From positions 1,054,001 through 1,118,000 of the forward strand of contig OX597836.1 in the NCBI GenBank assembly GCA_951406725.2: a stretch of 64,000 nucleotides of DNA, read 5' to 3'. The stretch comes from Octopus vulgaris (lineage: Eukaryota). The notes beneath the pieces were generated by a model that saw only the letters and a program-made list of their open reading frames with translations, did no database searches and was not told the origin of the DNA. A program made the translations under genes and the position numbers. Positions 13,998 through 25,799 of the stretch are shown one piece after another; position 1 is the stretch's first letter, and every line of letters starts with the position of its first letter.

Positions 13998-14130
13998 GTT
14001 GTCCCAAAAGTTCGTAGAAAGTCTTGGAAAATAATGGTCTTTATTTTGAGGAATAATTTTTGTTGTTTTTGTTAGTACTTGGCAAGTAAAAATTCAATTT
14101 TCGCAAGTGTTTACGAACTTTTGGGACAAC
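13998..14130. mobile_element. 133-bp MITE with perfect 19-bp terminal inverted repeats
   Basis: gttgtcccaaaagttcgta (13998-14016) / tacgaacttttgggacaac (14112-14130); resembles Tc1/mariner ends. Confidence 0.75.
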
Positions 14131-14149
14131 ATCCTTTCTGGAATAGGCA

Positions 14150-14345
14150 GAAAGTCTTGAATTCTGGAGGAGGAGGACCTAATCGATTACATTGACTCCA
14201 GTACACAACTGGTATTTATTTCATCGAACCCGAAAGGATAAAAAAGCTAAGTCGACATTGGTGGAATGTAAACACAAAGAAAAACCGAACGAAACGCTGC
14301 TAATCATTTTGTGCGGCGTGTTAACAATTCTAGGAGTACATTGCC
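14150..14345 (-). mobile_element. SINE family B, diverged
   Basis: aatcgattacattgactccagt..cccgaaaggataaaaagctaagtcgac matches the younger copies at 15990 and 18458. Confidence 0.75.
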
Positions 14346-14993
14346 TTAGTTCCGCAATAAACAGAAAATACTCTCAGAGTTTTATTGGTTCGCAATCATT
14401 AAAATGGAAATCTCAGAATCGTGATTGTCAAGTGTTAACCTTGAATAAAAATGCTATAATTCACTGCTTAACTGTAATGAGTTCTCCCTCTCCATTGGAT
14501 TGGTTTACAATGTTGAGTGTATCTTTTCATCTCTCTTACGCACACACACTAGTGTGTATATGAGTATATATATATATGTATAAACATTTGTGCCTATATT
14601 CTACATACATACACGCAGGGGCGTGCGTATAAGACTCCCGCTTCAGTTCTCTAGCTACACATTCGTTTCCCAGTATTTCTTCTGCAAAGACACTCCAGCT
14701 GTTCTCCTCCATCAAATTGCTTCTCTCTATTTCTCTCTCTCTCTCTCTCTCTTCCTTCCTTCCAGACCGACAATCACGCTAAAACGACGAAAGATGCAAA
14801 CATTCCTCCACCCCTCCTCCTTCTCCCTCCTCACCCATCTTCCATTCCGTCTTATTACAATTCCTTTACTTTCCGCCGTCTCATCACAGAGCAATTCAGT
14901 GAAAGAAATAACAACACCCGACATCCCCAACCCCTCTAACATATGTGCTCTCCGTCCTTTTTTTCTCCCATTCTCCTTGTCTGTGTCTATTTT

Positions 14994-15046
<53 letters not shown>

Positions 15047-15218
15047 CAGAGAGAGAGAGAGAGAGATATCTATAATTTATATACATATATAATATATATT
15101 ATTTGTATGTATATATATCCACACACGTATATACTATATACATATAATATATATATATATGTGTGTGTGTGTGCGCGCGTAGATATACATACATACCGTA
15201 TATATATATATATATATA

Positions 15219-15483
15219 TATATTAATAAATAAAATAAAACATATGCATATATATAAACATATATGTACGTACCTACCTCTACATGTACATATACACGCA
15301 TATATGAGTACAGGACACCAAAAGGACGTCGAACACAATGAGAAACGAAAACATAGACACAAACCAAAAGAACTGGACATTTTTTAAACAAAAAAAAAAA
15401 AAGAGTACAGGACAATTAACACAAAGAAAAAACCCCTTCTTCAGTCGCTAAAGCTTTCATCTACTCTACGTTTCGAAGGATAA
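15219..15483 (-). repeat. ~260-bp repeat, left arm of inverted pair (probably PLE-derived)
   Basis: Reverse complement of 17920-18180; carries ttatccttcGAAACGTAgag, resembling the 3' half of a minimal hammerhead. Confidence 0.85.
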
Positions 15484-15507
15484 AAGCACACACACATACT
15501 ATGTGTG

Positions 15508-15656
15508 TGTGTGTGGTAAGCAGCTTGCCTACCAACCACATGGTTTCCGGTTCGGTCCCACTGCGTGGCACATTGTGTGTCTTCTACTATACCCTTGGCC
15601 GACCAAAGCGTTATAAGGGGATTTGGTAGACGGAAACTGAAAGAAGCCCGTCGTAA
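15508..15656 (+). mobile_element. SINE family A (5' half)
   Basis: gtgtggtaagcagcttgcc..ggatttggtagacggaaactgaaagaagcccgtcg. Confidence 0.9.
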
Positions 15657-15707
15657 ATATATATATATTAACCTTGAAGAAATGTAAACGTATATATATA
15701 TATATAT

Positions 15708-15794
15708 ATACTAAGCAATAAGGGTTTAGCAACGAATTGCCTTACCACATACCGAATTTAGAAATTGGGTTGCTAAACCCTTATTGCTTAGTAT
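15708..15794. repeat. Perfect 26-bp inverted repeat with 35-nt spacer
   Basis: atactaagcaataagggtttagcaac (15708-15733) / gttgctaaacccttattgcttagtat (15769-15794). Confidence 0.9.
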
Positions 15795-15989
15795 TACTTA
15801 AATTTTCCTCGAATGAGGCTTTTACATGCCGAAGACTACTTGGTGTAATTGATAATTTTTCCAAATTAATTAATTTCACCCTTCATTATATATATATATA
15901 TATAGTTGAAATTTACAGAAAAAACAAAAGACGAAGACAGGTGTATAAACAACAAGCAGGTCTATTAGTATGACGCTCAAATTTTTGGG

Positions 15990-16165
15990 GAACGGATTAA
16001 ATCGATTATATCGACCCCAGTGCGTAACTGGTACTTAATTTATCGACCCCGAAAGGATGAAAGGCAAAGTCGACCTCGGCGGAATTTGAACTCAGAACGT
16101 AACGGCAGACGAAATACGGCTACGTATTTCGCCCGGCGTGCTAACATTTCTGTTAGCCCGCCGCA
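15990..16165 (-). mobile_element. SINE family B (tRNA head plus MetaSINE-like central domain)
   Basis: Reverse complement: gagttcaaattcc (B box) then gcctttcatcctttcggggtcgataaattaagtaccag. Confidence 0.9.
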
Positions 16166-16329
16166 ATAAAGTTAATAATATTAATGTTAATAATATTAAT
16201 AATCTCTTTGAGTCAGAGGAGAAGGCAGTGCTTGAAACCTTTGGCGATTTGTTGTTGCCTGCTTTCAAGCAAAGAATAACCGGTAATTAAGAGTTTTCAT
16301 AATAGACAAAATGATAATAATGACAATCG

Positions 16330-16552
16330 TTTCTACTGTAGGCACAAGGCCTGAAATTTGTTGGGGGAAGGGATTCAGGCGATTACATGACCCCCATTAC
16401 GTAACAGGTATATATATATATATATCATCGATCCGGATTTGATAAAAGGGAAAGTCGGCCTCAGTTGAATTTGAGCTCGGAACGTAACGGTGGACGAAAC
16501 ATCGCTAAGCATTTCGTCTGCAGTTTTAACAATTCTGTCAGCTCGCAGCCTT
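16330..16552 (-). mobile_element. SINE family B, diverged
   Basis: ggcacaaggcctgaaatt tail and gaatttgagctcggaacgtaacgg..gctaagcatttcg head. Confidence 0.8.
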
Positions 16553-16891
16553 AAATAATGAAAATAAAAAAAACGTAAAACAATCACTATATCTATAAGT
16601 AGTTGGTTGTTATTTCTAGCGGGTTATGCGGTCAGGCTGAAACTCACTTAACTTTGGTGTCTACATGGGAAGCTGTAGATTGAAGAATTGAGCAAAGCTT
16701 ATGTATTGAGTAACTTTCAACAACATCTGTCTTCTATTAGAGCTTCTAAGCTAAATTATATAATTACATTTGGCAAGTGACGCACGTTAATGAAGACCAA
16801 AATAAATAAAGATCTTCGCTTTTATTTTTGCATTTTTTCTTGTTAAATTCTATTCTTTAATTGTTATTACACACAGTGTCCTATCCTCCAT

Positions 16892-16924
<33 letters not shown>

Positions 16925-17379
16925 TCCACGTGTATACACGTTTAAACGCGCATATACACACACTTGTAATTTACGCAGAGTGTATATATATACATATATA
17001 TAATACACAAACATTTATATATATATACATACACACACACACACATATATATACATACACACACACACACATATATATACATACACGTATATACATAACA
17101 TATATATATATATATACATACATATATTACATATGTGTGTATATGTGTACGTGTGCATGTGCGTGTGTACGCACACACGCATATATATACATGGATAATA
17201 CATATCTATACAAACATATCTACACATACATCTCTCTCACCCTCTCACTCCCCTCTCTCTCTCTCTCTCTGCTTGTCTGTTTTTCTATATATTAGTATTT
17301 ACCGTCTGTTTTTTCCTTTTTTCCGTTTGGATGTACCGCGTTTCTAAGAAAAGCAGTCCATGGTGGAGTGAAAATATTT

Positions 17380-17710
17380 TGACAGATATCTTCTCCCACC
17401 TCAGCCGTCTCGTCTCCCGCACTGTATTGGAACCCGGAACACTGAGAGCCTCCAACGTTTCTGGTTCTCTTTCTTGCTTTGTGGCGTTCGTCGATGTCTG
17501 CGATCTTCTGGAACCTTTCTTGCAGATAATCTGAACGGTTCCATCTGTTTGCAAACTTATCTCTAATTGGAGTTAGGGTAAGTCGCGTAGGCGGGTCTCT
17601 TTGAAACTCCCCTCGAAACAGTCTCTGCACTCTGACCGCGTTTCCACTCTCCCCAGCAGCTCTTCAAAAGAAATTTCTTTTGTTCAAAACTTAGTCTGCC
17701 TCCATTGTTT
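17380..17710 (-). mobile_element. Tc1/mariner transposase N-terminal remnant (DUF4817-like HTH)
   Basis: VQRLFRGEFQRDPPTRLTLTPIRDKF, frameshift, then TDGTVQII.KKGSRRSQTST. Confidence 0.75.
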
Positions 17711-17919
17711 CGAATGTCTTACACTTAAACAGAAATACATTTTGAGTGAGTTATCGGCTATTAAAAGAGCGTATACATCTTTTGGGGACGCCCTGTGCAT
17801 GTGTGTATCTATGTACACACGCACACACACACCTGTGTGTGTGTGTATGTAAATATATATATATATGCATATATATGTATTCACCATCACATTGTGCGTG
17901 TATATATATATATATATAT

Positions 17920-18180
17920 TTCGAAACGTAGAGTAGATGAAAGCTTTAGCGACTGAAGAAGGGGTTTTTTCTTTGTGTTAATTGTCCTGTATTCTATTTT
18001 TTTGTTGTTTCTAAATATATGTCAAGTTCCTTTGGTTTGTGTCTATGTCTTCGTTTCTCATTGTGTTCGACGTCCTTTTGGTGTCCTGTACTCATATATG
18101 CGTGTATATGTACATGTAGAGGTAGGTACGTACATATATGTTTATATATATGCATATGTTTTATTTTATTTATTAATATA
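17920..18180 (+). repeat. ~260-bp repeat, right arm of inverted pair
   Basis: Reverse complement of 15219-15477 with few differences. Confidence 0.85.
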
Positions 18181-18457
18181 TTATATATATAAACCTACAT
18201 TGGAAGTTGATCATTATGTAAAAGTTATCGGTTTTATATACACCGTCTTCGTGCCACAACTGTAGAAATGATATCGTTTGTGAAGACGGTGACCAGTAGA
18301 TTTTAAAACTTTCAACTACCATCCTTATTATATATGTTCAATTTATATACATTGCAATATTTTCTCATATTCAAATTTTAATCATTAAATTCCGAATAAT
18401 TCTCTATATTTATCTTCCCTACAAATCGTTTCTGGGATCATCAGATCTTTTATTTAA

Positions 18458-18680
18458 CGGTGAGCTGGTAGAAACGTTAGAACCCCGGGCGAGATGCTTA
18501 GCGGTATTTCTTCTGCCGTTACGTTCTGAGTTCAAATTCCACCGAGGCCCACTTTGCCTTTTATCCTTTCGGGGTCGATTAAATAAGTACCAGTTACACA
18601 CTGGGGTCGATGTAATCGACTTTATCCCTTTGTTTGCCCCCTCTATGTTTAGCCCCCTGTGGGAAATAAAGAAACATATT
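18458..18680 (+). mobile_element. SINE family B, full length
   Basis: cggtgagctggtagaaacgttag..gagttcaaattcc..cctttcggggtcgattaaataagtaccagttac..tagccccctgtgggaaataaagaaa. Confidence 0.9.
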
Positions 18681-20399
18681 TCTATTATATTTAGATCTGA
18701 TTTGATAATTTTGAAACTTGCCGAGAAAAAATAATTATTTCCAACACATTTATTTTCGTAATATTTTCTCTTCTTTCTTTTTATGAAAATATAATCCTTC
18801 CCTTCTCCCGCCAAATTTGAATATGATTCCATTGCAATTAATAGACAGCCGTAGACTTTGCTAAGTGAAACATGTACTCTCACATAAAAACATGCATACA
18901 CGCATAACACACACACACTTGCGTGTGTGTACAAAGATGAGCAAAGTCTAATTAATTCGATACCTGTCGCTTTGCTGACGGCAAAAGGCACCATTTAAAA
19001 TTCAAATTATTTGTTCATGCAATCTGTTAGATTTATTATGAACGATTTTTTTCTTTAAATGCAGATTCTTAGAAAGTATTGGAAACTTCTGACCTTTGCC
19101 TTAACTTTCAGTTTGATAAAAATACATATTATATTAGGGACTTTTGAATTGGTAACGAATGTTTCTTTCTCGACGAAGACACAAGAGATAATCTTTCAAT
19201 ATTGTTGAACTAAAAACGTTTATCTCAAAAATATTTTATGTCATTTTAGAAACAAACCAGACTGGCTCCATAGAAATTGTTCTTCGCCAATTTTCTGCAG
19301 TCATCATTATGAAACATCTTTTTGGCTTGAGCTTCTCTTTGGGGTTAATGGATCGTATATTCTGCCGACAGCAACATGTAATTGTCTGTGTTTGAACATT
19401 GGAAATCGGAAAACACAATTCACACCTCTTTATACTTTGTCTTTAACTTTTTAGCAAAATAATAAAAATAGGCCTCATAGAAGATTGAACTTTTTTAGGT
19501 GAATAGTCAATTGATATCATGTAGTAGAAAAGAAATCCAGAGAATCTTTGGCTTCCTTCCGGCGTCCGAGCACCATTCTGCGGAATTTCTGTGGTTTATG
19601 TTTCGGAGATGCGTTACTGGAACTTCCATCTTGTTGTTCATGGGGTGACGCATCAAATCACTATTTTACCCATTAAATCGCAATAGCGTCTGGGAAAAGG
19701 TGTTTTAGTGTTAATAATACTTTTTATATTACCTCCTACCCGTTCCAGGTTTGCGGGGTGGATTAGTGATTTAAATGCAACAAAATCATTGTTGCTCAAA
19801 CAATATTTCGATATGCAAAACCGCGCATCAACTCCAAATGAGAGGCCTATTCAAGAATGCATAAAGAACTAAAAATCGATGAGCTTTCTGGACTACTGTA
19901 GTAGAATTTACCGAAAATCTCCGCTGAGGATTAATAATTTTCTTGTAAGAAGTTACTCGTTGTTCGTTCTATCGTGAATGTGTGATTCAAAACTTCGATA
20001 AAATGTCGGTGGCACATTTGGTCTTCGTCCCATATAAATACCCGAACATCGTGCAAAAAAGTGACCAGTAACTACACAAAGAGATATATGACTGGTTGTA
20101 GATTTTAACCGAATGGCAAACTTAAGGCGAGAATGGACAATCCGATGAAACTGTAGCGAGCACAAATCGGCCATTTCTGCAAACAGAACAGTAGCTTTTT
20201 TTTCATAGTGCATCAATAAATATCAAACCACTTCATTATCAATTTTTTTTTCTATTAACTCAATAACAATCTTTTGTTCGTTGTCACATATATCTATGTG
20301 ATGACTTCAGTGGAAGATTTATTTCACCCTGATGAAGAGACACTTGGTGGTGGTGGTCAGCAGTTGGCAAACCATGATGGGATGTTCAAGGCTCTACTG

Positions 20400-20620
20400 G
20401 TTATCCAGTGGCACTGCTTAGGTTTGGTTGCATTTTCAAAAGTCATTGATTCTCTTCTGCAACAGAAAATCTTCAATAAATTTATCAGGAAAGATGCTGC
20501 ACGAATTGAGTCGCTGACGGAAAGCAGAAAGTAAGTATTACAACGAATTCCTGAAAGGGTCCGCAGACTGAGTCACTGCTGTCCCTTATGAAGATTTAGT
20601 AATTCTGGGTCATTTTCAAG
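20400..20620 (+). mobile_element. Possible CR1-like LINE RT remnant
   Basis: LVAFSKVIDSLLQQKIFNK..RIESLTESRK weakly resembles DFSKAFD..H..LL.KL..WI..FL..R.Q. Confidence 0.3.
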
Positions 20621-20813
20621 GAGGTTAATTTCTTCGCAAGCATGTGGGAATCTTTCGCAGGTTAAATTATGAACTCTAGGCCAATCATCAAATCTTGTAG
20701 CTCTGTGGATGAAACAATAATCTTAGAAGAGTTCTTCCTGCGACAGGACGGACAGTGAATGCTTCCCCGGCAGTCTCTTGTGTTCTTTCTGGTTGTTTTG
20801 CTCTTATCCATTA

Positions 20814-20917
20814 CAAATCCACTCACAAAGCTTTGGTCGGCCTGAGGTTATAGTAGGAGACACTTGCTCAAGGTGCCACGGTGTGGGACTGAACCCTTAA
20901 CCATGTGGTTGTAAGCA
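20814..20917 (-). mobile_element. SINE family A fragment
   Basis: caaatccactcacaaagctttggtcggcc..gggactgaaccc. Confidence 0.85.
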
Positions 20918-21520
20918 TTTTCTACATTAGAAAATTACTATTTGTAAATCTCACAACGAGAGATATTCAGCAACAGTACTTTGGAGTAAAGATTATTTGC
21001 CAACATAACATGGCAGTCCTGGTTTAGGACGAATGTTGCTGTAATTTAGCCCCAGGAGACATCGTCTTCAGCTGTCTATACGACACGATCTGTGTGCTTG
21101 TGTTTTCGAACAAGGGAATCTAGCACCCAAACTCAGCTCAAAACAGTATCTGTGTATCGAGATTTCTGGGTTATTTCAATTTTTCTACATTGCTTAGACA
21201 TTTGATCCAAAATGTTTTCGTTGCTCTTCAGAAAGCCACTCTCCTGCTCTCCTATGTTGCTTAGTATATTGTTTTAAAGACGTCCAGGCTGTTCATAAGA
21301 AAGTTATTCTCCTTAATGTCTTATGTAGCGAAGATTCTCAGCCAAAATGCGTTCGGGTTTTTGTCTCGTGTTTGACTTCGTCGATTTTCCCTTTCTGTTC
21401 CGTTTATTCTCCGTCTCCTCCTTTGCTACCGAATTCTTGCTGCTTCTCTGCGAGGCATTTTGCGTTGCTCATTTATATTTATCCCGTGTTGAATAAAATA
21501 TTCGCGAACAAATTGAAATT

Positions 21521-21556
<36 letters not shown>

Positions 21557-22269
21557 AGAAACTCATGAAATCTACGTAAGCGCCTTGTTTTGCATTTCCC
21601 GGTTGCAAGTGATTTTGATGCGTTTTTAAGGATAAAAGTAAATTGATGTTTAAAAAATGAATTTTATCCACAAATATTTAATTTGATAAACTGAATATTG
21701 ATTATTTTCTTATTACATTATTCTAAAAATTTAAATCTTTTCGTGTGACAGAAATAACTTTACTGTTTCTTTTATTTCATCCTTCTTGTATCATCGAATG
21801 AAATGTGTTTCAACAAAATGTAATTTCAACAGATAAGAGTAAAAAATGAGGAAATCTGAGTAAATCCCTTGGTGTCTTGAAAGAAAAAGGGAAATATTTT
21901 ACTAACATTTAATATAACAGATTGCATATTGATTCCAAGATGTAAGATATTTGAATTGTAATTAATATATATTATATGTATATAAAAATGGTTTCGGTTG
22001 TGTATATATGACAAAAAGTGCTTTGTTATTGTATTTCATTATATATTGATAATATTTTATTTAGTTGACTTTATATAGCTAATGTTCCGTTTTCATGTAT
22101 ATGCTGTGTAGCGGCTCTTTGGTTACATTGAAGAATACATAGCTGCTGTTTCTAGCAGATTGGGTAAGGAGATAAGATCTCTCACATTTGTGAATATGTG
22201 AGTGTATGTTAGTGATATTTGTGGGACGCTTTAGTAATTGTCGTTAATATTGACGTAGCGTTTCAGTGA

Positions 22270-22443
<174 letters not shown>

Positions 22444-22667
22444 ACACACAGATATAGATTTCGAAGTATGTGTCAGCATCCCTGTCTCCATATCAGCTCG
22501 GTTTCAATCCTCTTATAGCCACACTTGATACCGTGGACCTAATGCCTGATGAAGAATTCGGGGTTTAAGTTCAATTCATTTCATCACTACTAAGTCTTTT
22601 CTATACTGAGCATATTTAATGCCCAGCCATTATCTATATGTACATAAGTATGTTTAGGTGCGTGCGA

Positions 22668-22756
<89 letters not shown>

Positions 22757-22772
22757 TGTGCGTGCGCGCGCA

Positions 22773-23644
22773 TGTGAGATCTGATCAATAAGTATGCTGA
22801 CTGGTATTATAAAAACAAAGCTACAACACGAAACAATTTGGCATTTAATCACCTTCGAAGCAGTCCTCTTCGGACGCCACACACCTGACCCAGCGCTGTT
22901 TCCATCCATGGAAGCATTCCTGGAACACATTTTCTGCTTCGTTGCTTTCACTTTGATTTCCCCGATGTCCTAAAATCTTCCTTTCAAGCGGGATTTGATT
23001 TTTGGGAGGAAGATGGAAAAAGTCGCAAGGGGCGAGATCTGGGTAATAAGGGAGCTGTCGGACCTGAGGGATGCCGTACCTAGCCAAAAACTGCTGCACA
23101 AGCCGCGCTAAATGGGCAGGTACATTGTCAGCTGAAAGCAGTTTTGGCACGAACTTAGCAGACACGCGTCTCATACTCAAATCTTCAGTGATAACGGACT
23201 GAACTGAACCGTAACTAATCTGCACATTTTCTGATAACTCACGGATGGTGATTCGACAATTTGCCCTCACCGCTGTACGCACATCTGCGATGTTTTTCTC
23301 AGTTCCGCTGGTTGCGGGTTTCCCACAACGTTCGTCAATATCGACATTTTTTTGGCTCATACCTTCCTCTCCATACATTTTCTGTAACTTTGCGTAGGCC
23401 TCTAGGCAGGTATCACCAAGATTTTGGCAAAATTTGATGACTATTCATGATCAATGCAACGATCACACGCTACACACGTTCCTTCCAAGCACTGCTGTAA
23501 AGAGTGGAAGTGAGCTACAACGGTAAAGCTTAGAGCAGAGGCGCAGCAGAGATCAAAGTCGATCCGTTCCAAGCGGCTTCACTCTGCGTGATTTAGCTTC
23601 ATTGCAATGGCAACCACCCGGAGACTTATTGATCAGAGAACATA
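22773..23644 (-). mobile_element. Internally deleted mariner element with both TIRs
   Basis: TIR core tctgatcaataagt (22780-22793) / acttattgatcaga (23624-23637); IKFCQNLG..YGEE HTH, RITIREL, MRRVSAKFVPKLL, DNVPAH, PYYPDLAPCDFF. Confidence 0.92.
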
Positions 23645-23955
23645 TACTATAGTGAGAAAATGAGAGACGGAGAACGAAAGAATTATAATCAAGGCAGCAA
23701 ATCCCTGGATTGTCTACGTGCGTCATTTTGTTTTATCAGAAACCTTCATTCTAAGAACGTACAAAATAAAAATAATAAAAAAACAAGTGGAAGTAAAGAA
23801 TTACAAGAAAGAAGGTTGAAATCAATGACGTCATGTCGCGTTTGAGACAACTGTTTAAGATTTCAAGATGACATGTGTATACAGAGATGTGGGCAAATAG
23901 GAAATAGCTCGCGCTCAGTGTGTGAATACATACATACATGCACACATATGTGTGC

Positions 23956-24021
<66 letters not shown>

Positions 24022-24311
24022 ATACATATATGTATGTATATAAATGAATGTATATACACATATATGTATGTATTGTGTATGTATGCTTGTATAGGTATAC
24101 TAATATATATTCTCCATTTCTTTTATTTCTTGCATATCACATTAAAAAAAAATGTAAATATATATATATATATTTATATATATACACACACAAGACGTAT
24201 ATATCATAGCATGTGTATTTTAAGAAATAGGAAGCAGCGATAATTCAAAATGTGACCTATATACATAGATAACGAAACAGTCAGTTACATACCTACCAAC
24301 CTACCTACATG

Positions 24312-24357
<46 letters not shown>

Positions 24358-24599
24358 CAGAAGTACAAACAGTCATACACGTAAATATACACCAAACAAG
24401 AGCAAATGTAGCGTTGAGTAATAGGAAATAGTCACAATGTGAACTTAACCGCCATACATACATGCATGCGTATATACTCATGTATATGCCTATTTGTATA
24501 CATGCATGCATACACACGCATTCATATTTGCAAGTATGCATGCATACATAAAATTGTCTACTCTATGTCTTGTACGATATATGTATATATATATATACA

Positions 24600-24648
<49 letters not shown>

Positions 24649-24920
24649 AAGATAGATGAAAACATTTGTACATAATGTATACAGATATATATGTGTAATG
24701 TGTATGTGTATATATGTGAGTGTGTATGTCAGTTAGTGAGTGTGTATGCATGTGAGTGTGTATGAATGCGAGCGTGTGTATGTGAGTGTGTATGCATGTG
24801 TATATGTATGGGTATGTATGTGCATGTGTTCACACACACAAACACACATATGTACATATATATATATATATGCGCATATACACGTGTTTGCTTCTGTGTG
24901 TGTGTTTGAATATATATACA

Positions 24921-24955
<35 letters not shown>

Positions 24956-25111
24956 ATCCGCACAAACACATGTAGAGTCTTGCGTTTGGGTCTGGATGTG
25001 TATTCTCTGATACAGACTTCCTCACCACAACAGTCTTCGTACTTGATAAAAATACAAGTCATCTTTTCCTGGCCTTAAACAAACACCATTCCAAGTCGAG
25101 AGGGTGCGGCT

Positions 25112-25142
<31 letters not shown>

Positions 25143-25236
25143 TACATACATTCATACATGCATACACACACACACGCACATATATGTATGTATACGTGCA
25201 TATATATATATTTGTATGCATACGCACATACATATG

Positions 25237-25295
<59 letters not shown>

Positions 25296-25799
25296 GTGCG
25301 TGTGTGTGTGTGTGTGTGTGTGCACATGTCCATTTGTGTGTAGTCAGGAGCGGCGCATGTCTGCTCGTTTGTATTCCAAACAGTAAAAAGAATATCCCAA
25401 CACATACAAATTACATACATGCATTTAATATATACACACACACACGCACACACATTTATACACACACACACACCATATACATTCAAATGTACATAGATGT
25501 AGAGAGAGAGAGAGAGAGGGAGAGAGAGAGAGGCAGACAGACACTGGCGCGTGAGTACTGAAAGGTGTTCTGAGTCATGTGGAAATATGTTGTATTCCGA
25601 ACTAAAAATTAAGACTAAATGAATTATAAGAATAAAAATTCCCTTAGAAATAATAAATTAGTCCAGTAATAAGTATATAAAAAGTATGATAAAAAGTATA
25701 TAAAAAAGCTTAAATGTGTTCAATTCAAGAAACATATTTGTGATGTGAGCGACAATAAAAATGACATTATCTACAACAACAACAATACACAGAATAAAT

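Noticed and set aside
17920-17965. Possible type II hammerhead (GAAACGTA..CTGAAGA)
   Set aside because: Stem I and the first stem II pair do not form; treated as a truncated half-motif
18241-18291. 10-bp inverted repeat caccgtcttc/gaagacggtg
   Set aside because: Short, with a 31-nt spacer and no further support
19040-20260. Possible mariner fragments (e.g. MEVPVTHLRNI on the minus strand)
   Set aside because: No diagnostic catalytic motifs recoverable by eye
20319-20335. Isolated CTGATGA
   Set aside because: No downstream GAAA or stems
22546-22600. CTGATGA in a PLE-like context
   Set aside because: No matching GAAAC/UH in the correct order
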